Source: a virus
Direction: 5' to 3' (one strand)
Virus record (IMG/VR): IMGVR_UViG_3300036846_001176
Coordinates: 1 to 29,047 of that record
DNA length: 29,047 nucleotides
Of the stretch, positions 1 to 9,077 are shown in pieces. Made by a program: the position numbers and the translations under genes. Within the stretch, counting starts at the first letter, position 1. Every line of letters begins with the position of its first letter. The notes below the pieces were generated by a model. That model was not told where the DNA came from, ran no database searches, and was given only the letters and a program-made list of their open reading frames with translations.

Positions 1-693
1 TCATGACCGGCCCCTCCCTTTGGTCCGCTTGCGCCTCGTCCTTGGATCCGCGGGTCCGGAGCGTCGTGCCCATCGGTGGGTGCCGAGATGATAGAAGGCA
101 CCGAGCTTGATGGGGACCGGTATGTAGAACGGATCGATCGGCATTTCTGTCGTATCGTCGCCCTTGGCCTTGAACAGCCCGATCAACAGCTTGTTGCGGC
201 CAGCGCGAAGGACCGAATAGGTCCCTTCGGTGGTCACCACGATGTACTGGTTCACGAGATCCGCAAGGATCCGGTCATAGCCGTCCGGCAGCGGTGGCGG
301 CGTGCCGCCTGTGCTGGCGAAGTAGGTAATTGCCATGGTGCCTGGGGAAACGTCGATCTCCAGGTCCTGGCCTTTCTTGTAGGTGGCGAGCGCGTCGGCG
401 ATCTCATGCATTTCGATGGGATCGCAGCCGTCGTCGCCGCCATAGGACTGCTGCTTGGCACTCCACCAATCGTTGAAACTCATCGCCGTCGGGTTGCATT
501 CGTTGGCGTAAACGATGAACGGCTTTTCGCCGTCCGGCGTGTTGTTCGCCATCAGATAGACGCCGTCGTCGCCGATCAGCCAGAGCTGCGGCTTTCGCTC
601 GGTCTGGCCATAGGTCAGCTGGAACGGCGCGGTTCCCGTGCGCAGCGCGTCGAGGATTTTCTCGACGCCTGCGCGGTCAAAGGTGAGCATCAT
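1..693 (-). CDS. DUF3085-like domain protein
   Basis: LWLIGDDGVYLM...YANECNP...DWW...GGDDG pattern matches my recollection of DUF3085; has a C-terminal extension. Confidence 0.7.
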   Translation of the reverse strand: MMLTFDRAGVEKILDALRTGTAPFQLTYGQTERKPQLWLIGDDGVYLMANNTPDGEKPFIVYANECNPTAMSFNDWWSAKQQSYGGDDGCDPIEMHEIADALATYKKGQDLEIDVSPGTMAITYFASTGGTPPPLPDGYDRILADLVNQYIVVTTEGTYSVLRAGRNKLLIGLFKAKGDDTTEMPIDPFYIPVPIKLGAFYHLGTHRWARRSGPADPRTRRKRTKGRGRS

Positions 694-723
694 GGTTGAG
701 GTCCTTGTGTTGAGCAGCAGGCT

Positions 724-1344
724 TTAGTGCTTGTAGAGGTTGGCGATCTTGGCGCCGCCAAGCAGAGTGAGCACTTCGCGAGCGAACTCGCGTTGTGCAT
801 CTGTCGGCGGCGTAGGAGGCAGCAACTTCGCGAAGCGTCCCTCATAGCGGATGGGACCTTCTTCGCTATCGATGTCGAACTGCGTGACGCTGGACGGTTT
901 GCCGTCCGCACCGCGCTGGATCTCGCCTGAGGTCATGAGCGCCTGCAGCTCGCCGGCGTCGTCGCGGTAGTCCGTCGAGACCATGACGATCTCGATGCGG
1001 TCTTCCGCTTCCGACGGCGCCACGGCCTGGGCGCGTTCATTCAGTTGGTCTGCGGTCTCGCCGGGCAGTTGTCGCACCCGGCGTGACCATGCTTCGACGA
1101 GGAAGCTGATGCACTGGGCGTTGTAGATAACGCCAATGCACCGGACGAGCATGGCGGCGCGATCCTTGTCCTCCGGGCTCTGCCACATCGCGGGATAAAG
1201 CGCGGTGTGCTCGGGGCCGTGGATGACAAACAGCGGCCGCATTTCGCCGTATTCCATGAGTGCGCGCTTGCAGAACTCGTAATCCATTCGGTGCTGGTTG
1301 GCCCAGCGGTCGGGTCCGGCTTTAGCGCGGGGTGGTTTTCGCAT
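724..1344 (-). CDS. hypothetical phage protein (206 aa)
   Basis: Start re-assigned to MRKPPRAK after an AG-rich RBS; protein-like composition. Confidence 0.7.
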   Translation of the reverse strand: MRKPPRAKAGPDRWANQHRMDYEFCKRALMEYGEMRPLFVIHGPEHTALYPAMWQSPEDKDRAAMLVRCIGVIYNAQCISFLVEAWSRRVRQLPGETADQLNERAQAVAPSEAEDRIEIVMVSTDYRDDAGELQALMTSGEIQRGADGKPSSVTQFDIDSEEGPIRYEGRFAKLLPPTPPTDAQREFAREVLTLLGGAKIANLYKH

Positions 1345-1543
1345 GGCTTCTCTCCTTGGTTGGGTCTTCGATGGAGACGGAAAAACTTTCGCCTTCGAAC
1401 ACTGCCGAACTTTCCAACAGCGCCAAGACGGCTTGCATGAAGGCACCGAACGGCAAGCCGTCCGCGCCATCACCGAGCAGGCAGAACTCTTGTCGAGCCT
1501 GCCTCCCGGCGCGGTTGTTGAAAGAAACGACAAATCTAACCAT
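1322..1543 (-). CDS. hypothetical protein (MVRFVVSF...)
   Basis: GGAGGG RBS; overlaps its neighbours in a tight operon. Confidence 0.55.
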   Translation of the reverse strand: MVRFVVSFNNRAGRQARQEFCLLGDGADGLPFGAFMQAVLALLESSAVFEGESFSVSIEDPTKERSHAKTTPR

Positions 1544-1802
1544 CGCTGCCCTCCAAGGGTGGGAGTGACGCAGCATAGGCCTCGGCCTGCTCCAGCGTTT
1601 GGAAGGCATTCGTGGTGCCTGACACCGCATAGATCCGGCCGAACCGCGACGTGAATGGAAAGATGGACCGCCCGTTGACCACCTTGACGGTGATCGAGGC
1701 GAGCCATTGGTCGTGGGCTTCGTTGTAGCGCGCGGCGCCGATCGCTTCGACCAGGCGCGCGCGGGCGACTGGATCGTTCCAGTCGATGTTTGTTTCGGTC
1801 AT
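1536..1802 (-). CDS. hypothetical protein (MTETNIDW...)
   Basis: ATGA coupling with the upstream gene. Confidence 0.7.
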   Translation of the reverse strand: MTETNIDWNDPVARARLVEAIGAARYNEAHDQWLASITVKVVNGRSIFPFTSRFGRIYAVSGTTNAFQTLEQAEAYAASLPPLEGSDG

Positions 1803-2119
1803 GTGTGGATGCCCCAAACGGGCGGTGTTCCACCATGATAAATCAGCCCTCCATTGAGGACGTGTTGCCCGCGCCCATCGGGCGACGGGTCTTGGATGAT
1901 CGCCCAGTCGATCGACGTGAGGTCGTGGTGACTGGGCACGATGCTGGCCACGCGGTGCGTGCCAGGAGGGGTGCTTGCGAGATATCTGGCGCAAAGCTCC
2001 AGCAGCCGACCCAGGCCTTCACGGAACATCCGGTAGTCCTGGCCGTCGGAATATTGTTTGAAAAACGCATCCAGCCGCTCGGGAGCGAGGATCTGGATGC
2101 GCGATGTGGGTTCTGACAT
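1799..2119 (-). CDS. hypothetical protein (MSEPTSR...)
   Basis: Preceded by the repeated leader motif and a GAAAGG RBS. Confidence 0.75.
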   Translation of the reverse strand: MSEPTSRIQILAPERLDAFFKQYSDGQDYRMFREGLGRLLELCARYLASTPPGTHRVASIVPSHHDLTSIDWAIIQDPSPDGRGQHVLNGGLIYHGGTPPVWGIHT

Positions 2120-2126
2120 TGGGTAT

Positions 2127-2186
2127 GCCTTTCCGCCGGAGTACAGCCGGCTTCTCTGCCGGTCACCCGTCATGGGGCCGGGAGGC
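2127..2186 (-). promoter_or_regulatory. RBS-sequestering three-way-junction leader, copy 1 of 18
   Basis: Hairpin-GGCAGAGA-GCCGG(CUGUACU)CCGGC-GGAAAGGC immediately before ATG 2119. Confidence 0.75.
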
Positions 2187-2223
2187 ATTGTCAAAGGTAG
2201 GGAAATCTGGCACAGCGGTGTGT

Positions 2224-2323
2224 GCCAAGGCGAGGCTGGGCAACGCCCGGCAAGGCACGGCATGGCGAGGCTTGACCTGGCAGGCCCGGCTGCCGCCTCT
2301 CGGATCTGCCTCCGAGAGGCGGC
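2224..2323 (+). ncRNA. GGC-NN guide-like small RNA A (1 unit, 11 NN)
   Basis: Pentamer array 2224-2278, then GGCA-GGCCCGGC, then perfect hairpin 2292-2323; TTGTCA at 2188. Confidence 0.8.
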
Positions 2324-2343
2324 TCTGCCCGCAAGTCGCTCTT

Positions 2344-2373
2344 TATATGGTGATTTTGCCGCCGCGTTTTCAG
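2344..2373 (-). promoter_or_regulatory. leftward promoter-like motif (AAAATCACCATATA)
   Basis: Related motif recurs at 11304, 24220, 26930 and 28253. Confidence 0.5.
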
Positions 2374-2636
2374 TCGGCGACGGCAGGGTTTTCCTGATCC
2401 GGCACTGCCACGCTGGGCTTGCGGCAGGCCACGCAGCGCCGCGCGTGCGGGCGCTTCCAGCAGTGTCCGGTGACCACCGTGAACTGGCTGTGGCAATCCG
2501 GGCAGACGCTACGCCAGTCGATGCAGGTGACCAGTTTGCCCTCGACGTTGGTGAACTGGCGCACCCCGATCGGCCAGTAGCGCTGGCCTTGGTGCAGGAC
2601 GTGAAACCCCTGGGGGAACCCGGTTCCTCCGCTCAT
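2370..2636 (-). CDS. small zinc-ribbon protein
   Basis: CPDC...CVAC. Confidence 0.65.
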   Translation of the reverse strand: MSGGTGFPQGFHVLHQGQRYWPIGVRQFTNVEGKLVTCIDWRSVCPDCHSQFTVVTGHCWKRPHARRCVACRKPSVAVPDQENPAVAD

Positions 2637-2980
2637 GGCATATCCTCCGGATCGAATGCGTCACGCCGGCGCCGGCGCCACTCGCCCAGGGTGTGGGCGA
2701 ACTGCTCGCGGAGCTCGAAGTCGTGCGGCTGGAACTGAATGCGCCGGTAGAGCGTGTTCAGTTCGCGGATGGTAGGGTTCAGCGGGTGGTCACGCCCCCA
2801 GGCGACCTCGTTGGGACGGAGGCCGACATCGGCGTGGGTGACCTCGTGCTGGCGCCACATGCCGCAGTGATAGTTGGGATGGACGGTGCGCGACTGCCTG
2901 GCGCACCAGCCGGCGGCGCGCCGCTCGGACGGGCTGGCGGCGCGGGTGCGGCGGAAGTTCGTGCAGTCCATGCAGGGCAT
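2633..2980 (-). CDS. hypothetical Cys-containing protein
   Basis: MPCMDC...WC...HC; translationally coupled. Confidence 0.6.
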   Translation of the reverse strand: MPCMDCTNFRRTRAASPSERRAAGWCARQSRTVHPNYHCGMWRQHEVTHADVGLRPNEVAWGRDHPLNPTIRELNTLYRRIQFQPHDFELREQFAHTLGEWRRRRRDAFDPEDMP

Positions 2981-3159
2981 CAGGGCGGCTCCTGTGCCTC
3001 GGCCAGCAGCCGGCGCGCGAGGTCGCAGAGCACCTTGTTGGTGGCGTCGGTCTCGCCGGTCAGCATGACCCACTCGTTGCGATCGGTGCCGGTCCACATG
3101 CCGCCGCGATGCAGCAGCAGGACGGCGCGGGCGAGGCGCTCGAGGGGCGTCAGCCTCAT
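2980..3159 (-). CDS. hypothetical protein (MRLTPLER...)
   Basis: Coupled start and stop on both sides. Confidence 0.6.
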   Translation of the reverse strand: MRLTPLERLARAVLLLHRGGMWTGTDRNEWVMLTGETDATNKVLCDLARRLLAEAQEPP

Positions 3160-3545
3160 CGCCGGCCCGGCTCGGCTATGTCGCGCTGGCGCTTGTCGGC
3201 GTGGATGGTGCGCCAGACGTCGACCTTCTGCTGGGCGGCGGCGCGCTTGGCCTTGAGTTCCTCGGCCAGCACCTGGGCGTCGTACTGTTCCTCGACCGCC
3301 TTGGCGAAGGCATTCGAGATGCGCGCCTCGGCCTGCCGGCGGGCGTCGCTCTTCTGCGTGCTGACCATCACGCCGGCCGCCTCGATCATCCTGAGCCGGT
3401 AGGCGGCGCGATCGGCGGCGGCGATCGCCACGGCATAGTCGTGCGCGATATGGTCGGCGAACTGCATCGCCTCGTAGCACTCCTCGTCGGTGACGAGGTC
3501 GGTGATCGGCTCGACGTCCCGGTAGCGGGGGGAGCGGGCGCTCAC
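3156..3545 (-). CDS. helical protein, possibly a UvsY-like recombination mediator
   Basis: Coiled-coil character with C-terminal VDVWRT..ADKR; near ssb and the ERF gene (family call is inference). Confidence 0.5.
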   Translation of the reverse strand: MSARSPRYRDVEPITDLVTDEECYEAMQFADHIAHDYAVAIAAADRAAYRLRMIEAAGVMVSTQKSDARRQAEARISNAFAKAVEEQYDAQVLAEELKAKRAAAQQKVDVWRTIHADKRQRDIAEPGRR

Positions 3546-3763
3546 GGGTCACCCTTCTGCAGGGCGCGCTCGTTCCAGCCCATCGCCCATGACAGGCGCT
3601 CGATGGTCGGCGTGCCGGCGGGGCCGTGGGGGTTCTCGTGGAACCCCTGGCGGCCACGGTGGGCGATGACGCCGTCCGCGAAGGCGTCGAGGTCGAGGTC
3701 GCGGACGGTCATCTCGCCCTTCTTGTTGAGCGCCTGATGGAAGGCGTCCTCGCTCTCGGTCAT
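3542..3763 (-). CDS. hypothetical protein
   Basis: ORF within the operon, GTGA coupling. Confidence 0.6.
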   Translation of the reverse strand: MTESEDAFHQALNKKGEMTVRDLDLDAFADGVIAHRGRQGFHENPHGPAGTPTIERLSWAMGWNERALQKGDP

Positions 3764-3791
3764 CGAGGGAACTCCGATAGTGGTCGCGGCA

Positions 3792-4043
3792 TCAGACGGT
3801 ACCCCCGCCCCACTCGCGGCCTGCCGCCAGTTCCTCGCGCAACCGCTCGATCGCCACCGAATAGACTTCCCCGGCGCGCATGACGTAGCGGCGTTCGCCG
3901 GTGTCAGGGTGCTCGAACTCCCAGAGCATGCCGGGCCGCGGCTCGCAGATCGTGAAGCCGAGCCGCTGCATCACCGAGAGGAACACCTGCTCGGCCATGG
4001 CGCCGCGGCGGGCCGCGCGGGCTGACGATGACATCATTGCCAT
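3792..4043 (-). CDS. hypothetical protein
   Basis: ORF directly downstream of ssb; start uncertain. Confidence 0.55.
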   Translation of the reverse strand: MAMMSSSARAARRGAMAEQVFLSVMQRLGFTICEPRPGMLWEFEHPDTGERRYVMRAGEVYSVAIERLREELAAGREWGGGTV

Positions 4044-4048
4044 ACCCG

Positions 4049-4684
4049 TCAGAACGGGATTTCGTCGTCAAGGTCCGCTGCGGCCTGCCGTGGGTTGCCC
4101 CAGGAGGGGCCTCTGCCGGTGCCATCGCCGGCAATGCTGCCCCCGCGAGGCTCGTCGCGGCCGGCACCGTTGGTCTCGCGCGGTGGAGCAGCGCGGCGGT
4201 CATCGCCCCGGCCACGGTCGCGGCCACGGTCGTCATCGCGGCCCCGGTCCCGGCCGCGGTCATCGCTGCGACCCCTGTCACGCCCTCGGTCGTCGTCGCG
4301 GCCACGGTCGCGGCCCCGATCGTCGCGGCCGTCGTCGCCGCGCGCGTCGAGCATCTGCAACTCGCCCCGGAAGCGCTGCAGCACGACCTCGGTCGTGTAG
4401 CGGTCAGCGCCGTCGCGGTCGGTCCACTTGCGGGTCTGCAGCGCGCCCTCGACGTAAACCTTGCTGCCCTTGCGCAGGTACTTTTCGGCGACGCCGCCGA
4501 GGTTCTCGTTCCAGATCACCACGTTATGCCACTCGGTGCGCTCCTGGCGGTCGCCTGAGCGATCCTTCCAGGTCTCGCTGGTGGCGAGGCGGAAGCTCAC
4601 CACCTTGTCGCCGTTGTTGGTCGAACGGACTTCCGGATCGGCGCCGAGGTTGCCAACGAGCGTCACCTTGTTGATGCCGGCCAT
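4049..4684 (-). CDS. ssb: single-stranded DNA-binding protein
   Basis: MAGINKVTLVGNLGADPE...TEWHNVV...KGSKVYVEG...; acidic tail LDDEIPF. Confidence 0.97.
   Translation of the reverse strand: MAGINKVTLVGNLGADPEVRSTNNGDKVVSFRLATSETWKDRSGDRQERTEWHNVVIWNENLGGVAEKYLRKGSKVYVEGALQTRKWTDRDGADRYTTEVVLQRFRGELQMLDARGDDGRDDRGRDRGRDDDRGRDRGRSDDRGRDRGRDDDRGRDRGRGDDRRAAPPRETNGAGRDEPRGGSIAGDGTGRGPSWGNPRQAAADLDDEIPF
4199..4325 (-). repeat. 30-bp coding tandem repeat (DDRGRDRGRx x4) in the SSB linker
   Basis: Visible in both DNA and translation. Confidence 0.85.
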
Positions 4685-4695
4685 GACGTTTCCTT

Positions 4696-5541
4696 TCAGG
4701 AGTTGAGCGAGGGGGGCTGGATCTGCCAGCGGCCTTCATAGGCGTCGGCCAGCCAGTGGTAAGTCGTGTCGCTGCACTGTCTGAGCATCGCGGCCTCATC
4801 GCGCCACAGCTTGTCGGCCTCGTCGCGGGTGTAGGCGCTGCTCATGCGCTCGGCGAAGGCGCGCACGCGGTCCTGGAAGTTGCCGGGGTTCTCGGGTGGC
4901 GCCCCGGGGTCGCGCGACGGCGGCTCGCCGGGCGGTGGGAACTCGCCATCGTCTGGTGGCGCGGCCTCGCGCGAGGGCATGTCGCCCGGGAAGTCGCTGG
5001 GCGGCGGGGGTGCCGATGGTGGGCGCATGTCGTCCGACGTGTCGTGGCCGTTGCCGCGCGGGGGTGGCTCGCGCACGTCCTCATCGCGTTCGATATCGTC
5101 AACGTCTGCGGGGATCTTGAAGAGTGCGATCTCGAATTGCTTCAATGCGGCCGTGAGGGTCTTATTCATTGCCTTATCGTCATAAGAACCTGCCCTGAAC
5201 TGGAACCGGCAGGAACCGGTGATAGAGCCGATGTTGAACACCGCTTCGCCATCGCAATGAGCGTCAAACTCGTACTTCACGAACAAAATGCCACCGAGCA
5301 CCGAGCGGGCCACCTCACGCGGCGACAGCACCAGCCGGTGCTTGATCATCGCATCCTGGATCTTTGCGGTGAGCACCGTCGCTTCGACGTAGTCGTACCT
5401 GTGCTCCTTGTTGCGGCCGGTCTTGGGGATCTTTGGGATGTCATGCATCACGCCGACAATCGCGGCGAAAACCTTGGGCGCACCCTCAGGTGGCATGAAG
5501 ACCGGCATACGGACGACGGCGGTTTCGGTCGTAACGCTCAT
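4696..5541 (-). CDS. ERF-family single-strand annealing protein
   Basis: IPKTGRNKEHRYDYV...DDKAMNKTLTAALK...LFKIP, Pro-rich linker, adjacent to ssb. Confidence 0.8.
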   Translation of the reverse strand: MSVTTETAVVRMPVFMPPEGAPKVFAAIVGVMHDIPKIPKTGRNKEHRYDYVEATVLTAKIQDAMIKHRLVLSPREVARSVLGGILFVKYEFDAHCDGEAVFNIGSITGSCRFQFRAGSYDDKAMNKTLTAALKQFEIALFKIPADVDDIERDEDVREPPPRGNGHDTSDDMRPPSAPPPPSDFPGDMPSREAAPPDDGEFPPPGEPPSRDPGAPPENPGNFQDRVRAFAERMSSAYTRDEADKLWRDEAAMLRQCSDTTYHWLADAYEGRWQIQPPSLNS

Positions 5542-5908
5542 GACACACCCCCAAACGACAGAACGCCGCACCCGGACCTTACGATCCGAATGCGGCGCCC
5601 AGGAGACCTCGAAGCCAGCCAATTAGCCAAGCCAGCGGCCAGAGAGCAATGCACCCCAACAAGGCGTAAGCGGCGGCCTGAGTAATCGCCTCGCCCACCC
5701 CTTCGCTGATTGACATCTTCCCCGGCCGCCGTCGACGTCGACCGGGCATAGCTACCCTCCATGGTCTCACGACACATATGGGTGTGCCGAGTTTTCACGG
5801 CGAGTGGGCGCGGCAAAGAAAGCTGGGGATAACCCGGGAACGACATCTGCCGACCTCCGATCAGGTGGTATGATCCTATCCCGATTTTCCCATCCCAGGC
5901 AAGAGGGC

Positions 5909-5947
5909 AAAATAAAAACCCCCGGGGCGCGCGGCCTCGGGGGTTTC
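5909..5947 (-). terminator. intrinsic terminator
   Basis: AAACCCCCG...CGGGGGTTT stem followed by a T-run on the minus strand. Confidence 0.7.
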
Positions 5948-5948
5948 C

Positions 5949-6698
5949 TCATAGCTCCTGGCGGATGCGCCAGCGGGCAACGCCAGGCACCGGCTCAGGG
6001 GTCTTGCCGGCAAGCCGGAGATCCCAGCGATCCGCCACGAAGCGTGGGGTCAGCCAGTAACTGAATTGCCTCTGCCGCAGGCTGTCACCGTGAAACACGG
6101 TGGCAGGCAGGCCTAGCAGCACCGCCTGGAGATATGTCATGTGCACGGCCGCGATGTCGATGTCGACCGCGGTGATGTGCAGTTGCTTGTGAGGGTCGAA
6201 GCCGGCCTCCTCGAAGGCCTGCGCGAACGCAAGCATCATGCCGCCGGCGCCGCATGCGGGCTCCATAAACGAGATGTAGCCCTGTGCCTTGACTTGTTCG
6301 CCCAACTTGTCGCGCGGCGCCATCGCCAGTCGTGCCATCATGTACGAGACCTGAAACGGGGTGTAGAACTGGCCAAGCCGCCCTTTCATTGCGTTGCTGC
6401 CCAGTTCCATCCGGGACATCAAGGTATGCAAAGGGGCCTCTCCCTTCGTCAGGGCAAGCGCCAGCATGGCAGTCATACTCGCCATGTCAGTGATCTCGTC
6501 CTCGGTGTAGCGCTTGGCTACCTCGACGTAGCGCAGTTCGCGCTCGGCGTACTGCGCGCGATCGCAGGTGTTGGCGTGGGCGATGGCCGCCAGCTCAAGC
6601 CAGTCGTAGAAGACCTGGTCGATGCGGTGGCGGTGGTCGAACGACTTCAACGTGTGCGCCAGCTTCTCCAGAGGCTGGCGCGCAGCGGAGTGGATCAT
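5949..6698 (-). CDS. N6-adenine DNA methyltransferase-like protein
   Basis: GQFYTP and EPACGAGGM (motif I), AVDID; no NPPY motif IV. Confidence 0.8.
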   Translation of the reverse strand: MIHSAARQPLEKLAHTLKSFDHRHRIDQVFYDWLELAAIAHANTCDRAQYAERELRYVEVAKRYTEDEITDMASMTAMLALALTKGEAPLHTLMSRMELGSNAMKGRLGQFYTPFQVSYMMARLAMAPRDKLGEQVKAQGYISFMEPACGAGGMMLAFAQAFEEAGFDPHKQLHITAVDIDIAAVHMTYLQAVLLGLPATVFHGDSLRQRQFSYWLTPRFVADRWDLRLAGKTPEPVPGVARWRIRQEL

Positions 6699-6767
6699 TG
6701 TGATTGCCTCTTCTGCCCGGGCTTGATTACCCGGAGCCTCGGCTCCTCTGCGGAGCACGAGGTTCGG

Positions 6768-6980
6768 CTATTTCGGTTTGAGGCTACCCTTGACGGTATG
6801 CGAAACGGAAAACTCCGACAGCACCTCGAGTATGTCCTCGGCAGACGGCATGCGCCGCTGCTGGATCAGTGTGTTGAGCTCGCGTAAGGCGTCGGTGACT
6901 TCCAGCCGCTTGCGCAGCAGCAACTGCTCGAGCAGTTCGTGGAGCGCACGCGTCGTGGCAGACCTCTCAGGTTTCGTCAT
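6768..6980 (-). CDS. hypothetical protein
   Basis: Leader motif copy at 6987-7043. Confidence 0.7.
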   Translation of the reverse strand: MTKPERSATTRALHELLEQLLLRKRLEVTDALRELNTLIQQRRMPSAEDILEVLSEFSVSHTVKGSLKPK

Positions 6981-7048
6981 AGCCGTGCTTTCTCCCGGAA
7001 ACAGCCGGGTTCTCTGCCGACCATCACAGTGATGGCCGAAAGCCGGGG

Positions 7049-7291
7049 CTACTTGCGCAGCGCCCGGTGGATATGCCGCGCATAGACCGCCACCGATTTC
7101 CAGTAAGCGGCCATCGGCGCCTTGTTGCGGTACCAGGCCCGCACCGAGCGCTCCTGGGCGTCCTCGCTGATCTCCTTGAGGAGCTCGGCGATCGCCAGGC
7201 GGGCGGGCTCGGGCAGTGCCCGCACCTTGCGCAGCGCCGGCAGCGCCAGGATCGGGTTGCGGATCTCGGCGCGGTTGGAACGCTGTTCCAT
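7049..7291 (-). CDS. hypothetical phage protein (MEQRSNR...)
   Basis: Leader motif upstream; KAPMAAYWK. Confidence 0.75.
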   Translation of the reverse strand: MEQRSNRAEIRNPILALPALRKVRALPEPARLAIAELLKEISEDAQERSVRAWYRNKAPMAAYWKSVAVYARHIHRALRK

Positions 7292-7374
7292 CAGGGATCT
7301 TTCACCGGTGATCAGACCGGCTCTCTGCCGCTTGCGGTCAAGCGAGAGACGCCTGCGCTGTGCAGGCGTCCGGA

Positions 7375-7599
7375 TCACCATTGCCAGTTCGACGGCAGCA
7401 GCGCGTAAAGGGCGTCGCAGTGCTCCTCGAGCCGAGTGGCAAACGTTGTCTTGCCCTCTGCACGGAGGATCATTGCGCGGTGTTTGGTCACCGCGTAATC
7501 GCGCAGCGTGGTGGCGTGCCGGGCGAATTCTGCGAGGTCCTCGGGCATCATGCCGTCGAGGTTGGTATTGTCCAGATTGTAGGCGAATTCCTTTGGCAT
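7375..7599 (-). CDS. hypothetical phage protein
   Basis: Leader motif upstream. Confidence 0.75.
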   Translation of the reverse strand: MPKEFAYNLDNTNLDGMMPEDLAEFARHATTLRDYAVTKHRAMILRAEGKTTFATRLEEHCDALYALLPSNWQW

Positions 7600-7685
7600 A
7601 TATGGTGTTTCCTTGCGCCGGTATAAGCCGGCTCTCTGCCGCCCATCATGGGCGATAGGGCCCCGCCTTTCACGGGGCCGCGTGG

Positions 7686-8045
7686 TCAGTCATAGGCGAA
7701 CACGACGCCAAACGTGGTGAACGACGCGTAGGCGCAGGCCTGCACCTGAGAGCCGTCGTCGCGCCGCACGAACGCCCCGCAGTGATACGGGTTGTACGTC
7801 ACGGCGCGCCTGGTAAGGCCGTCGGGGATGACATCGACGATCTCGCCGATCGCCCAGGCATGCACCTCGCGCACCCCGTTGCGGACAACGCGGTCGCGGC
7901 CTGACTGAGACACGTGGAAGTGGACGCCGGCGAGCAGGACCAGGCGGCGATGGTCGATGACCAGGCCGTAGCTCCTGCCCGTCCGGCTGGGGATGGCGAT
8001 CGACCAGTCGCCGCGGTTCTTGTTGCGATAAATAGCAACCGCCAT
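7686..8045 (-). CDS. hypothetical phage protein
   Basis: YRN...WSI...GRDRV...VHAW...VTYNPY, a pattern I recognise from phage hypotheticals. Confidence 0.75.
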   Translation of the reverse strand: MAVAIYRNKNRGDWSIAIPSRTGRSYGLVIDHRRLVLLAGVHFHVSQSGRDRVVRNGVREVHAWAIGEIVDVIPDGLTRRAVTYNPYHCGAFVRRDDGSQVQACAYASFTTFGVVFAYD

Positions 8046-8053
8046 CGCCCTGG

Positions 8054-8278
8054 TCAGGGGGCAGGCGGCTTGCGTGGGTTGGGGCGCTCAATGGTTCGGT
8101 CGCGCGGCCTGTGGTTCAAGTCCGCAGTTTCCTCGCCGCGTTTAAAGCGACGGATTTTGGCGTCGATCTCGGCGCGGTTGGCGCGAATGAAGGCCTGCTT
8201 GCTTTGCCGGTGTTGTTTCCACCAGCGATACAGGCCCTCCTCATTGTCGATCCATTGGGCTCGGTCCGTGTCGTTCAC
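8054..8278 (-). CDS. hypothetical protein
   Basis: WIDNEEGLYRWW; leader motif upstream. Confidence 0.75.
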   Translation of the reverse strand: MNDTDRAQWIDNEEGLYRWWKQHRQSKQAFIRANRAEIDAKIRRFKRGEETADLNHRPRDRTIERPNPRKPPAP

Positions 8279-8341
8279 GGATGCCTCCTAGCGCCGGCAA
8301 TCAGGCCGGCTCTCTGCCGCCCTTTAATGGGCGGTAGGAGA

Positions 8342-8563
8342 TCAGAGTTTGCCGCGCGGACGGCGGCGTGAGGTGCCATGCTCGATCAGGCGCCGGTAGC
8401 TCCGGTCGGTGATCCGCAGGCTCTTGCCGATCAGGATGCCCTCCAGGTGGCCATAGTGCACCAGGCGGCGAACAGTCGACATCGACACATCGAGGCCAGC
8501 GGCAACCTCGGGTATCCGGTGCAGGTCTTGGCTGACAGCTGGTCGTGTTTTGATGGTTCCCAT
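8342..8563 (-). CDS. excisionase-like HTH DNA-binding protein
   Basis: IPEVAAGLDVSMSTVRRLV..GHL...IGKSLRI. Confidence 0.8.
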   Translation of the reverse strand: MGTIKTRPAVSQDLHRIPEVAAGLDVSMSTVRRLVHYGHLEGILIGKSLRITDRSYRRLIEHGTSRRRPRGKL

Positions 8564-8654
8564 GGCCTGGGGTGATGACGTGAGGCCATCCGGCCATGCA
8601 AGTGAAATCTGCTGCAAAAATTCCGCCTGTTTTGTCGTAGCAACGACGCGCCCC

Positions 8655-8978
8655 TCAGGACGCGTCGTCGTCGGTGTTGATGGGATCAAAGGGTGGCGGC
8701 ACCAGAATGTAGCGGGGCCGCAGCAGCGGGTGGATTTCGTATTCGGTCACGAGCGACCTGGATGTGAAATCCGGACGCCCAAGAATGGTCTGGACGCTGC
8801 CGTTTCGGAAGAACCCGCAGTGGTAGAACGTGCGATACTCGTCCGGGATGTCATCGGCGTACTCCGCCTTTGGCATGGGCCGAGGCTTCGGTTCCTCCAC
8901 CTGGCGTTCATCGCGAGCGTTGGCGACCCGTTCCAGGGTCTGGCGCAGCTTCCTCGGATACCGCTTCGGTTTGGCCAT
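8655..8978 (-). CDS. hypothetical protein
   Basis: Leader motif and GGGAGG RBS. Confidence 0.7.
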   Translation of the reverse strand: MAKPKRYPRKLRQTLERVANARDERQVEEPKPRPMPKAEYADDIPDEYRTFYHCGFFRNGSVQTILGRPDFTSRSLVTEYEIHPLLRPRYILVPPPFDPINTDDDAS

Positions 8979-9077
8979 AGGGCCTCCCTTGCGCCGGTGA
9001 CAGCCGGCTCTCTGCCGCCCTGGCAGGGCGGTAGGGAGGGTCGCCCCACGGACGCTGTCCGCGGGGTCCCCAAGGGA

